A stretch of DNA of 62,922 nucleotides, filler included, from Octopus bimaculoides (taxonomy: Eukaryota), in assembly GCF_001194135.2 (NCBI RefSeq). It is 7 parts of 7 records of this genome, joined end to end, with 100 filler letters (N's around TTAATTAATTAA, not from the genome) between each part and the next. Parts side by side here need not be neighbours in the genome. Positions count along the whole stretch, not along the records: positions 46,530 to 54,180 come from NC_068987.1; positions 54,281 to 56,377 come from NW_026336721.1; positions 56,478 to 58,475 come from NW_026395830.1; positions 58,576 to 62,922 come from NC_068982.1; 3 more parts are not named here. One strand, given 5' to 3'. Below are positions 52,231 through 62,833 of this stretch, piece after piece. Each line of letters begins with the position of its first letter. Position 1 is the stretch's first letter. Position numbers and translations under genes: made by a program. The notes beneath the pieces were generated by a model that saw nothing but the letters and a program-made list of their open reading frames with translations, did no database searches and was not told where the DNA came from.

Positions 52231-53138
52231 ACTTCCATAAAAGATTTACATAGAGATATAACAAACAATAACAACGAAAAAATGATTTAAAAGAAACAAA
52301 GTAGTAATTATATTATAAAAGCACAGCTAAACAAACACAAAATATATTGTTTCTAGTCGAAGGACGTGTTGAAGGGCTGCTTAGAATCTACGATACTTAG
52401 ACGCATAGATGCATACATACATATATGTATATATATATATATATATATNNNNNNNNNNNNNNNNNNNNNNNNNNNNNNNNNNNNNNNNNNNNNNNNNNNN
52501 NNNNNNNNNNNNNNNNNNNNNNNNNNNNNNNNNNNNNNNNNNNNNNNNNNNNNNNNNNNNNNNNNNNNNNNNNNNNNNNNNNNNNNNNNNNNNNNNNNNN
52601 NNNNNNNNNNNNNNNNNNNNNNNNNNNNNNNNNNNNNNNNNNNNNNNNNNNNNNNNNNNNNNNNNNNNNNNNNNNNNNNNNNNNNNNNNNNNNNNNNNNN
52701 NNNNNNNNNNNNNNNNNNNNNNNNNNNNNNNNNNNNNNNNNNNNNNNNNNNNNNNNNNNNNNNNNNNNNNNNNNNNNNNNNNNNNNNNNNNNNNNNNNNN
52801 NNNNNNNNNNNNNNNNNNNNNNNNNNNNNNNNNNNNNNNNNNNNNNNNNNNNNNNNNNNNNNNNNNNNNNNNNNNNNNNNNNNNNNNNNNNNNNNNNNNN
52901 NNNNNNNNNNNNNNNNNNNNNNNNNNNNNNNNNNNNNNNNNNNNNNNNNNNNNNNNNNNNNNNNTACATATATGTATTTACCTACATATATATGTATATA
53001 TATACATGCATTTTTGGGTACAGGACGTCAAAAAAATATCAACACAATGAGAAACGAGAACATAAAAAACAAAAACATGGAAAACGAACATTTTTTCGAA
53101 CAACGACAGAAACAAATAGAGAAACGAGACATATAAAT

Positions 53139-53492
53139 ATACTATTATTGTTATTTACAGGATTGTAAAATACGGCACCGTATAACAAAACCATTCGCAC
53201 CGGAAGCATATAGAAAGTTTGTTTACATAAACAAATACGAGCTAATATAGTTCTTAAGTTCGAAAGAAACGGGGAGGCTAATCGCGTTAACAAAGGGTTG
53301 TGGGTTCGTGTCACACACGGATAGGAAAAGCCTTCTTTTTTTCTGTCGAGGGCTTATATGCCACGTTATTAGACAATTTTCCTTAGTCATTGCACGGTGA
53401 TCGCCATAAGGTTTAAGTTTATAATAAAATACTATTAATATTATTTACAGGATTTTAAAATACGGCACCGTATAACAAAACCATTCACACCG
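53139..53492 (+). repeat. 64-bp direct repeat pair offset by exactly 290 bp (53139-53202 and 53429-53492)
   Basis: atactatta(ttg/ata)ttatttacaggatt(g/t)taaaatacggcaccgtataacaaaaccattc(g/a)caccg. Confidence 0.9.
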
Positions 53493-54280
53493 AATATATA
53501 TATATATATAGTTATATATTTATATAGATTTAAAAAGAAGCACTCAGATATGCGTACTCGTATATTCGCTCGACGTTAACTATTCGTTGCAACGTCACTC
53601 CAAGTTTCCTAGTGACAAAAACATCTTAAATGAACACATTATAGAGGGGAACCCAGAGATGCGACAGTGTGAGCCATCAACTCTATTCTATACATCATTA
53701 TTATTTATATTCTGCATCCTATTAACACTTTCAAAGGTTTGCATGCGCGTCAGTGCCTACGTGCGATCGCACAAGCAAACACATGCATGCACACGCACAC
53801 AGATCCAGGCATGCCAACACGCATGCATATATACACACACGTGTATATTTCAAGTTGGACTGTTACATGTTCTGCTACAGTAAGTAATTGAACAATTAAA
53901 ATCTTGGGGAGATAAATATAGCAGATTAAGAAAAAAATATGCAAAATAGAATAAAATTTAAATGCCTAAATTTGAGAGATGAAGGCATTAGCATGTGTTC
54001 TGTTGTGTAATCGCTAATGCCGTCGCCTAGCAACCAATGGGTTCGTTGGTTCCATCGCTATCAGTTCTTCTTATATATTCTTATTTATTCTTATATATAT
54101 AGATATATGCATACATGCTACAAACACACACACACACACACACACATAAAATATGTCTATATACATACTACATATATATANNNNNNNNNNNNNNNNNNNN
54201 NNNNNNNNNNNNNNNNNNNNNNNNTTAATTAATTAANNNNNNNNNNNNNNNNNNNNNNNNNNNNNNNNNNNNNNNNNNNN

Positions 54281-54312
<32 letters not shown>

Positions 54313-55712
54313 AGCCTGTCTGTTTGTCTGGCTGTCCGTTCGTCCGTCCGTCTGTCTATAGGTGTTTATACGTATCCGCTCATAGGTCTGCTTAATTAGG
54401 GCTGACCTGGGGCTATATAACACCACCACTACCACCAGCACCACCACCAGTGCCAACAATAACAGCAACAACCACATTATCCCCATTTCATTGTATCAAC
54501 CACACTCCCCACTTGTTCCACTGGGAACTCTGCCCTGCTCCCTCTTGCCATCTCCCCAATAGTCACTGGAAATTTGGTGTTCATTAAAAACTTATGATCT
54601 GATATTGATCGGTCTCGAACATTTGATTTGTGTCGATGACGTCCAGCAATAATTGACGACAAACGCAGCAATATGGTGTTGCATTCACGTGATCAGGAGA
54701 AACTGTCTTCTAATAATCAGATGGATATATATATATATATATANNNNNNNNNNNNNNNNNNNNNNNNNNNNNNNNNNNNNNNNNNNNNNNNNNNNNNNNN
54801 NNNNNNNNNNNNNNNNNNNNNNNNNNNNNNNNNNNNNNNNNNNNNNNNNNNNNNNNNNNNNNNNNNNNNNNNNNNNNNNNNNNNNNNNNNNNNNNNNNNN
54901 NNNNNNNNNNNNNNNNNNNNNNNNNNNNNNNNNNNNNNNNNNNNNNNNNNNNNNNNNNNNNNNNNNNNNNNNNNNNNNNNNNNNNNNNNNNNNNNNNNNN
55001 NNNNNNNNNNNNNNNNNNNNNNNNNNNNNNNNNNNNNNNNNNNNNNNNNNNNNNNNNNNNNNNNNNNNNNNNNNNNNNNNNNNNNNNNNNNNNNNNNNNN
55101 NNNNNNNNNNNNNNNNNNNNNNNNNNNNNNNNNNNNNNNNNNNNNNNNNNNNNNNNNNNNNNNNNNNNNNNNNNNNNNNNNNNNNNNNNNNNNNNNNNNN
55201 NNNNNNNNNNNNNNNNNNNNNNNNNNNNNNNNNNNNNNNNNNNNNNNNNNNNNNNNNNNNNNNNNNNNNNNNNNNNNNNNNNNNNNNNNNNNNNNNNNNN
55301 NNNNNNNNNNNNNNNNNNNNNNNNNNNNNNNNNNNNNNNNNNNNNNNNNNNNNNNNNNNNNNNNNNNNNNNNNNNNNNNNNNNNNNNNNNNNNNNNNNNN
55401 NNNNNNNNNNNNNNNNNNNNNNNNNNNNNNNNNNNNNNNNNNNNNNNNNNNNNNNNNNNNNNNNNNNNNNNNNNNNNNNNNNNNNNNNNNNNNNNNNNNN
55501 NNNNNNNNNNNNNNNNNNNNNNNNNNNNNNNNNNNNNNNNNNNNNNNNNNNNNNNNNNNNNNNNNNNNNNNNNNNNNNNNNNNNNNNNNNNNNNNNNNNN
55601 NNNNNNNNNNNNNNNNNNNNNNNNNNNNNNNNNNNNNNNNNNNNNNNNNNNNNNNNNNNNNNNNNNNNNNNNNNNNNNNNNNNNNNNNNNNNNNNNNNNN
55701 NNNNNNNNNNNN

Positions 55713-55743
<31 letters not shown>

Positions 55744-55744
55744 G

Positions 55745-55789
<45 letters not shown>

Positions 55790-55810
55790 TATTATTATTA
55801 TTATTATTAT

Positions 55811-56332
55811 TATTTCTAAATTTCTGAACGAGAGATTCAGTAACAGTACTCTAGAGTAAAGATCATTTGCCAACATAATATGGCAGTCCTGGTTAGGACG
55901 ATTGTTACTGTTATTTACCCAAAGGAAACATCGTCTCCAGCTGGTAATACGACACACTATCTGCGTCCTTATATTTTTGAACAAGTGAGTTTAATGTCCC
56001 CACTCATCTCAAAACTATATCTGCGTACCAATGATTTCTGGGTTACTTCTCTTCATCAGCACAGAATAACTACACGGCTAGAGATGGCACCATTAAACTC
56101 TTGTTCGAAATATATACTTTTCAAAGTGACACACAATCACAGATCTAATAAATAGAAAATTATTATTTATAAATCTCTGAACGAGAGACATTCAATAACA
56201 GTACTCTAGAGTAAAGACTATTTGCGACGCAGATAGTGTGTCGTATAACCTCTGGAGACGGTGTTTCCAGGAGCTAAATAACAGTAGCTTAACCAGGACA
56301 GCCATATTATGTTGGTAAATGATCTTTACTCT
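55811..56332. mobile_element. Foldback/palindromic element with nested inverted repeats and an internal direct duplication
   Basis: 55853-55967 is the imperfect reverse complement of 56226-56332. 55971-55996 pairs with 56091-56113. 55811-55870 is directly repeated at about 56165-56225. Confidence 0.8.
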
Positions 56333-56336
56333 CTCT

Positions 56337-56377
<41 letters not shown>

Positions 56378-56477
56378 NNNNNNNNNNNNNNNNNNNNNNN
56401 NNNNNNNNNNNNNNNNNNNNNTTAATTAATTAANNNNNNNNNNNNNNNNNNNNNNNNNNNNNNNNNNNNNNNNNNNN

Positions 56478-56536
56478 GTTGGTAGAGCTCTCGCTTTGCA
56501 TGCGAGAGGTACCGGGATCGATACCCGCGTTCACCA
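56478..56536 (+). pseudogene. trnA-UGC: tRNA-Ala(UGC) copy 1, 5' end lost in a gap; U70>A removes the G3:U70 identity pair
   Basis: Anticodon arm CTCGC-TTTGCAT-GCGAG is intact (TGC at 56497-56499). G65>C, A66>G, T70>A. Confidence 0.8.
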
Positions 56537-56625
56537 AGCAATTGCATTACTTCTTTTTCTCTCTCCCTCGGTTCACCTCCCTTATACTAAAGTGAAAATC
56601 AACAAGCTTTTTTTCTCCCTAGGTT

Positions 56626-56698
56626 GGGGAATTAGCTCAGTTGGTAGAGCGCTCGCTTTGCATGCGAGAGGTAACGGGATCGAGACCGGGTTTCTCCA
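56626..56698 (+). tRNA. trnA-UGC: tRNA-Ala(UGC) copy 2, best preserved but with T-stem mismatches (probable pseudogene)
   Basis: First 48 nt match the consensus, anticodon TGC at 56659-56661, G3:U70 and A73 present. Mismatches A49:G65, G51:G63 and T7:T66. An oligo-T terminator follows. Confidence 0.8.
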
Positions 56699-56786
56699 GG
56701 CAAATTTCATTTTTTTATTTTTCTCTCTCCCTCGGTTCAGCTCACTTATACTAAAGTGAAAATCAGCTAGCTTTTTTTCCAAGGTT

Positions 56787-56858
56787 GGGGAATTAGCTTA
56801 GTTGGTAGAGCGCTCGCTTTGCATTAAGAGTTACCGGGATCGATAACCGGATTCTCAA
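56787..56858 (+). pseudogene. trnA-UGC: tRNA-Ala(UGC) copy 3, pseudogene
   Basis: The 3' anticodon stem is destroyed (TAAG plus a 1-nt deletion). C13>T, C61>A, C72>A. Confidence 0.85.
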
Positions 56859-56944
56859 AACAAATGCATTTTTTCTTTTTCTCTCTCTCTTGGTTCGGCT
56901 CACTTATTCTAAAGTGAAAATCAGCGAGCTTTTTATCCAAGGTT

Positions 56945-57017
56945 GGGGAAGTAGCTCAGTTGGTAAATCCCTCGCTTCGCATGCGAGGCGTACCGTGATC
57001 GATACCCGGATTCTCCA
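56945..57017 (+). pseudogene. trnA-CGC: tRNA-Ala copy 4 with CGC anticodon, D-stem broken
   Basis: CTCGC-TTCGCAT-GCGAG (CGC at 56978-56980). D-stem 3' side is AATC instead of GAGC. G7:A66 mismatch. Confidence 0.8.
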
Positions 57018-57104
57018 AGCATTTGCAAATTTTTATTTTTCTCACTCTCTCGGTTCAGCTCACTTAGACTAAAGTGAAAATCAGCGAGTTTTTTATCCAA
57101 AGTT

Positions 57105-57177
57105 GGGGAATTCGCTCAGTTGGTAGAGCGCTCGCTTTGCATGCGAGAGGTACCGGGATTGATGCCCGGATATTCCT
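57105..57177 (+). tRNA. trnA-UGC: tRNA-Ala(UGC) copy 5, probable pseudogene
   Basis: D, anticodon and T stems are intact. A9>C, B-box C56>T, A5:A68 mismatch, discriminator T73. Confidence 0.75.
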
Positions 57178-57975
57178 AGCAATAGCATTTTTTGTTTTCT
57201 CTCTCTCTCTCTCTCTCTNNNNNNNNNNNNNNNNNNNNNNNNNNNNNNNNNNNNNNNNNNNNNNNNNNNNNNNNNNNNNNNNNNNNNNNNNNNNNNNNNN
57301 NNNNNNNNNNNNNNNNNNNNNNNNNNNNNNNNNNNNNNNNNNNNNNNNNNNNNNNNNNNNNNNNNNNNNNNNNNNNNNNNNNNNNNNNNNNNNNNNNNNN
57401 NNNNNNNNNNNNNNNNNNNNNNNNNNNNNNNNNNNNNNNNNNNNNNNNNNNNNNNNNNNNNNNNNNNNNNNNNNNNNNNNNNNNNNNNNNNNNNNNNNNN
57501 NNNNNNNNNNNNNNNNNNNNNNNNNNNNNNNNNNNNNNNNNNNNNNNNNNNNNNNNNNNNNNNNNNNNNNNNNNNNNNNNNNNNNNNNNNNNNNNNNNNN
57601 NNNNNNNNNNNNNNNNNNNNNNNNNNNNNNNNNNNNNNNNNNNNNNNNNNNNNNNNNNNNNNNNNNNNNNNNNNNNNNNNNNNNNNNNNNNNNNNNNNNN
57701 NNNNNNNNNNNNNNNNNNNNNNNNNNNNNNNNNNNNNNNNNNNNNNNNNNNNNNNNNNNNNNNNNNNNNNNNNNNNNNNNNNNNNNNNNNNNNNNNNNNN
57801 NNNNNNNNNNNNNNNNNNNNNNNNNNNNNNNNNNNNNNNNNNNNNNNNNNNNNNNNNNNNNNNNNNNNNNNNNNNNNNNNNNNNNNNNNNNNNNNNNNNN
57901 NNNNNNNNNNNNNNNNNNNNNNNNNNNNNNNNNNNNNNNNNNNNNNNNNNNNNNNNNNNNNNNNNNNNNNNNNNN

Positions 57976-58025
<50 letters not shown>

Positions 58026-58225
58026 TATATATTTCATTGTATTTTACCTCATTTTACAATATTGTCTTTCACTCATTCCGTTCACTTCCGATTTAAGATA
58101 ATTCTTTTTCCTATTTGGAAGATCAAATATAAATACGAATTCATACTAAACATAGGATTTGGTTGTTTTTAGATGTTTTTCTCATTCATGTAAATGTGAA
58201 ATAACATCACACATTATTGGGTGTT

Positions 58226-58298
58226 GGGGAATTAGCTCAGTTGGTAGGCTGCTCGATTTGCATGCTAGAGGTATCGGTATCGATTCCCGAATTCTCGA
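58226..58298 (+). pseudogene. trnA-UGC: Orphan tRNA-Ala(UGC) copy 6 with a different upstream flank
   Basis: GGGGAATTAGCTCAGTTGGTAGGCTGCTCGATTTGCATGCTAGAGGTATCGGTATCGATTCCCGAATTCTCGA. D and anticodon stems are damaged. T49:A65 is a compensated pair. Confidence 0.8.
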
Positions 58299-60769
58299 AA
58301 CAAATACATATCTTCATTTTACTTGCATTTATGTATACGAGTGGATACAGCAAAGTTTCTGGCTTTGGGCAAAAGAAAATACAGGAGGATCAGTTAATTA
58401 TGATTTTACTCAACATATTCCACTCTCAGATTCACACACTTATTGCAGCGTCCTTCAGTTTCTGTAAAAGAACTGNNNNNNNNNNNNNNNNNNNNNNNNN
58501 NNNNNNNNNNNNNNNNNNNTTAATTAATTAANNNNNNNNNNNNNNNNNNNNNNNNNNNNNNNNNNNNNNNNNNNNGTGTGTGTGTGTGTGTGTGTGTGTG
58601 TGCCTATGTGTGTGTGTATTTAAATATGATTATTTTGTATTAAGAAGTTATCTTTGACCTACTATTATATTCTAATTCACAGTTATTATTTATGTAAATG
58701 TATGGTAACTTATAGCAGCGAAGACGAAAATTAATATGAACTTTAACTGATTTTTTTTTTGTCCGGTATTCAGTAAAGTATTGACGTATTGTTTGTTCTA
58801 TCAGAATCAAACCCTTTTGTCAAATATGTATGCTTTCCATAGCAACGTCGTATATTGCACGAAGCCAAAAGTCTCACAAAGGACATGTTTATTTTTTAGA
58901 TGCAGCTAATGCTATACTTGCATGGATGCCTCTGTACATCCGACACTATATTATCTCACGTAATTCTTTTGTTGCATTCTGTATGTAGAACTGTCATACA
59001 TATAAGGTCACATTATTTACTGGTGAGTTGAAGCTCATCAAGATTTTAAAACCACCTTCTGTCTATTCTACTCTTAATACAACGCTATCTTTTCACTAAA
59101 TATCAGGACTATACATCGATACATAAAGCCATTGGGTACACTTTCGTTTATCTTTTTGATTACATATAACATGCTTTCTCAATTCGGAAATATTGTACTT
59201 AATACTTAACATCATTCAACTAAGAGCTAACGTTTCCATAATATGCTCTCCTCAACCAATAACTTGCAATAATTCAAAGTGAGTAGTGACAGTATTAATT
59301 CAATCCATTTTCCTGTCTTCCATTTTAAAAGAGTCTGAAACAAGAATAAAGATCCTTGAACAAAGTAACTAATAACAAACTATGTTCTTTGTATATTGTG
59401 AATGAATTTAGAAGCTATGCGGTACAATTCAGTTTATGAAGTATCCAATACACAGTTTTAGTACACTCTTTTAATATATGCTCGTAAATGGAATATTGAT
59501 TCGATATGATCGGTTACCAAAGAAAGCATATTAATGTATGTATATTACTTATAATAAATGTATTAAGCGAAATATATGCATCTGTTTTGATTTTACTTTT
59601 ACCTTACTGAAGCCACTAATACATTTACAAAAAGCGTGGGCATCGTGACTTAACTTTTATCTTCAAATGGTACTAACATTAGAATATTGTAGCTTTTTTT
59701 GAAGTTTTGCGAAATACGTAACCAGTGTGTTACAGAAGGCGAGAGCCATGCAAACAGAACATCGAATGTCAAAATTAGCAATATCGAAGATATTGCAAAT
59801 TTACCTTAGAAATATTTAATTCGTCCTGATATTTCGGTTCCAAACCTCTTTACAAAAGCTTTAGGGAAGAAAAATGAGACAGAACGAACGAGTGCGAGAG
59901 ATAAACTATGTGTTCATTACACACCAGTATACTGACAACATAAATTATCTCTAAAATTATTTTAAAAGAATATCTTTTTCGTGATAATTTATCATTGTTT
60001 ACGTCTTTACATAATCAAAACTATTATTCATTTGGCAAAAAGACACGAATAAACTTGGAATTATGACATTTAAGCATTTCTCAAATCCATTAAGATGCGA
60101 AGAATCATGAAAAACAAGTTTTCGAAACATGGAAAGAAATATGGTTCCTTACAGAGGAAAAATATGTCAATGGACTAGAGTAGTGTTCTTAAAATAAGGG
60201 AAGTGGTGTGTGTGTGTGTGGGGGGGACATCCGTCCCGGTGGGAGTGGGGTATTGTGAGGATTGAAAGGACTCCATCAAATTGCAATGCTGGATAAATCA
60301 AAGCTGGTTTTAAGAATTTTAAACTTTTTTCAGTCAAGGTGGAAAATAGTTGCTGATTTTTAAAATTGCTTGCTTAGAGAACATAGAATGTGAGCTTTGG
60401 CTTCATTTGGGTGTAACTAAGAATATTTTCTGAGTGGCGGCAACTTTCACATGTCTGACCAAAAGCTCAAATGTGGATGAGTATGTGATTTTAGATGGAC
60501 AAACACTATATTTTATTTCGAGCAGCATTTTCGTAAGCTTTCGGTTAGAATCTGTTTATCAATATGCCATGCGTGTTTGTCTATGTTTACGGAATTTGTT
60601 ATAACTATGTTTTCCTAGTATAATTATTGTTTGGCGATTTCAGTTTCTCTTTAACATTTGAAATGAATTTACACATTATCTGTGAAGGGTTATCAGAGAT
60701 TGCAGTATCTATAATATATATACAATCCTCATAGAAGACCTACATATTAGGGAAGGCACTACGTCTATA

Positions 60770-61120
60770 AACTCTTACTTTCATACATCCTAGACTGCAC
60801 CCAAAACAAGGCAATTAGACTGACTGACTGAGTCACTCAACACTACTCGGCAATATTCAACTCAGAAATACGATATTCCAATTTCCGTCTTTGCAATCTC
60901 TAATACACCAAACTCTGTTCGTCTGAACTCATTAGATACATATCCATCTCACCCAGGCCATTTGGAATCAAGTGTGACTGATCCACCTGTCATATTCACT
61001 GTATCTAGATTCCCAAACTCAACCAAACACATCCCAAGTAGCTCTGCCTGTCTTGAACTGCAAGTCATAAGAATTGTTTCATCTCTCTCTGGAACTCTCT
61101 GAAAACCGCTCCCCGCTCTA
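60770..61120 (+). mobile_element. L2/CR1-group LINE 3' remnant
   Basis: 'LDCTQNKAIRL' and 'YTKLCSSELI' resemble LD.IQ.KAIRL and YY.G.CSSEL at the ORF2 C-terminus. Confidence 0.55.
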
Positions 61121-61270
61121 TAAGTCCCTCAGAAAAGCTCTGTGATCCTTTACATGTTCTAAGAGACTTTGATTAGGTGGCAGAAATATATCCTGAAACT
61201 GGAGACATGGCTCAAATACTTGCAACTGAGTGGACTCTGCTAAAAGTATCTAATTTTCCGGGACGACACA

Positions 61271-61505
61271 TTAACCCATTACCTTTAGTATTTAAACAGG
61301 CCATAACTGGCCAAAATATTCTATCTGTTTTAGGTTCAAAACTTGTCAGATTTGACCTCTCACACCAGCCCTACAATATCATTCCCGAAATTAACAGTTA
61401 CCTCATCAAAATCTCAAATTTACAAGGTAATACATGATTGATTCAAAACAATGTAAATGAATAAGCACTACTTTTGACAGAATGATATAAATGGTAAAGG
61501 GTTAA
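61271..61505. mobile_element. piggyBac-type MITE (~227 bp) with TTAA target duplications
   Basis: TTAA-CCCATTACCTTT ... AATGGTAAAGGG-TTAA. TIRs match 10/12. Confidence 0.75.
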
Positions 61506-62049
61506 GCCTACCATCCAGATAGGATATCACTAGGTTTGAACTCAGAAGGCAAAGAACCGGAACAAATACCGCGAAGCATTACATCCGATGTTATTACAGT
61601 TTCGTAAATACTATTTGATACATTTTTTATCGATCTCGAAATGTAAAGTTGACCTCGATATGATTTGTGTCAGAACAAATATTGAGAGGCAGTTCAATCG
61701 ATACTCTTATGATTTTGCTAATTTAAGCCTTTAAATGTAATAACGAGGAAGTTATTAGAATACACAAATGAAGTATGTAGAAGACGAAAATATATACTGA
61801 GATATATCAATGTTGATAAAATCGAGGTCACTAAAACGCAGTTTACTTTCTGATAAAGTAGTACGATAATCCGAGGAATGAGAGACATATGAATCTCATA
61901 CAGGAATTGCTTGTTGAATGATAAAGAATATTTAGAATATTAAACTTGTGTTGACCAGCAGTTAGTAGGTCATTGCCATCATTATTAGTGTTGCTTTTGT
62001 TTATTTCAAGTCGTCCATGATCAAAAGCACTCCGATGATCCAAGGCATA

Positions 62050-62700
62050 TACGCGAAATTACATTAAACAACATGTCTATTTTTAGACAGTGAATGTTAG
62101 TCAATTAAGACCATAAAATGATGATCCAGCAGTGTTGTTATAGGCTGCTGGTAACATTTGTAGGAATTCAAATATGACATAGAAGCAGCGCTAGTGTAAT
62201 GGGCATTATCGAAAACATGCTCAACACACGTAACGTTTGCCGGTAGGCTGTGAATTGGCGTGGTAAAGATTGCTTCCTGAAAGCGCCGGGTGTTAAAACA
62301 CTCTGAAATCCATGACTGTCCATGGCGTTCAGGTGTTTTAACACTTGATGCTTTGAGGGAAGAATTTTCAGCACACGGGACTTATACGTCAAGTATGTGA
62401 GACTGATAATACTTGTAAAATTTATTTATATTACAGCCACCAAGAAAAATTGATTCAGAATTACAATAGCTGAAATATATGTTTGTCATACATGATGACA
62501 GATGTTTGTGGGATGAAGTTGAAATAATAGAAAGAGAACACCACTGGAAAATACGAAAACTAAAAGAAGCAGCACATATGCTAGGACACAACAACCTCCT
62601 AAGCAGACTGAGTGCAGATATGAACAGCATATGGGAACCAGTATTAAGGAAGGATAGGAGAACATTGGATTTATAAGCCCTAAAAATTCACTCCATAATT
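62050..62700 (+). mobile_element. Penelope-like element remnant (RT thumb and GIY-YIG C-terminus)
   Basis: 'SVMGIIENML..RNVC' and 'WDEVEIIEREHHWKIRKLKEAAHMLGHNNLLSR..MNSIWEPVL' (like WD.V.I..RE..W..RK.KEA.HI...LNR...L..IW.P.L). Confidence 0.6.
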
Positions 62701-62706
62701 GCCTAC

Positions 62707-62779
62707 AGGCATATGGCGTAGTGGTTAAGAGCACCGGCTACTCAGCCCAAGATCCAGAGTTCGATTCCAGGCAGTGACC

Positions 62780-62832
<53 letters not shown>
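62707..62832 (+). mobile_element. Short tRNA-headed SINE with (TAA)n tail
   Basis: A box TGGCGTAGTGG, B box GAGTTCGATTCC, (TAA)n at 62781-62832. Confidence 0.75.

Positions 62833-62833
<1 letters not shown>

Larger units (their letters stand above)
56478..57218 (+). repeat. Tandem array of tRNA-Ala(UGC)-derived genes, 158-161-bp period, at least five units
   Basis: tRNA starts at 56626, 56787, 56945 and 57105, plus a 5'-truncated copy at 56478, separated by homologous ~86-89-bp spacers. Bounded by assembly gaps. Confidence 0.95.

Noticed and set aside
56478-57218. CRISPR-like reading of the regular repeat/spacer array
   Set aside because: The spacers are homologous to each other, the repeat is a tRNA gene, there are no cas genes and the context is eukaryotic.
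4555-58096. Long ORFs in the supplied track (poly-[21 protein letters not shown])
   Set aside because: They are translations of N-gaps and dinucleotide or tetranucleotide microsatellites.
15920-58531. Recurrent TTAATTAATTAA as a regulatory site or PacI-like motif
   Set aside because: It is always centred in a 100-nt N-block, so it is an assembly linker. Adjacency across these six joins is uncertain.
62707-62780. Genuine tRNA gene
   Set aside because: A and B boxes are present, but there is no acceptor-stem pairing and a (TAA)n tail follows. It is a SINE head.
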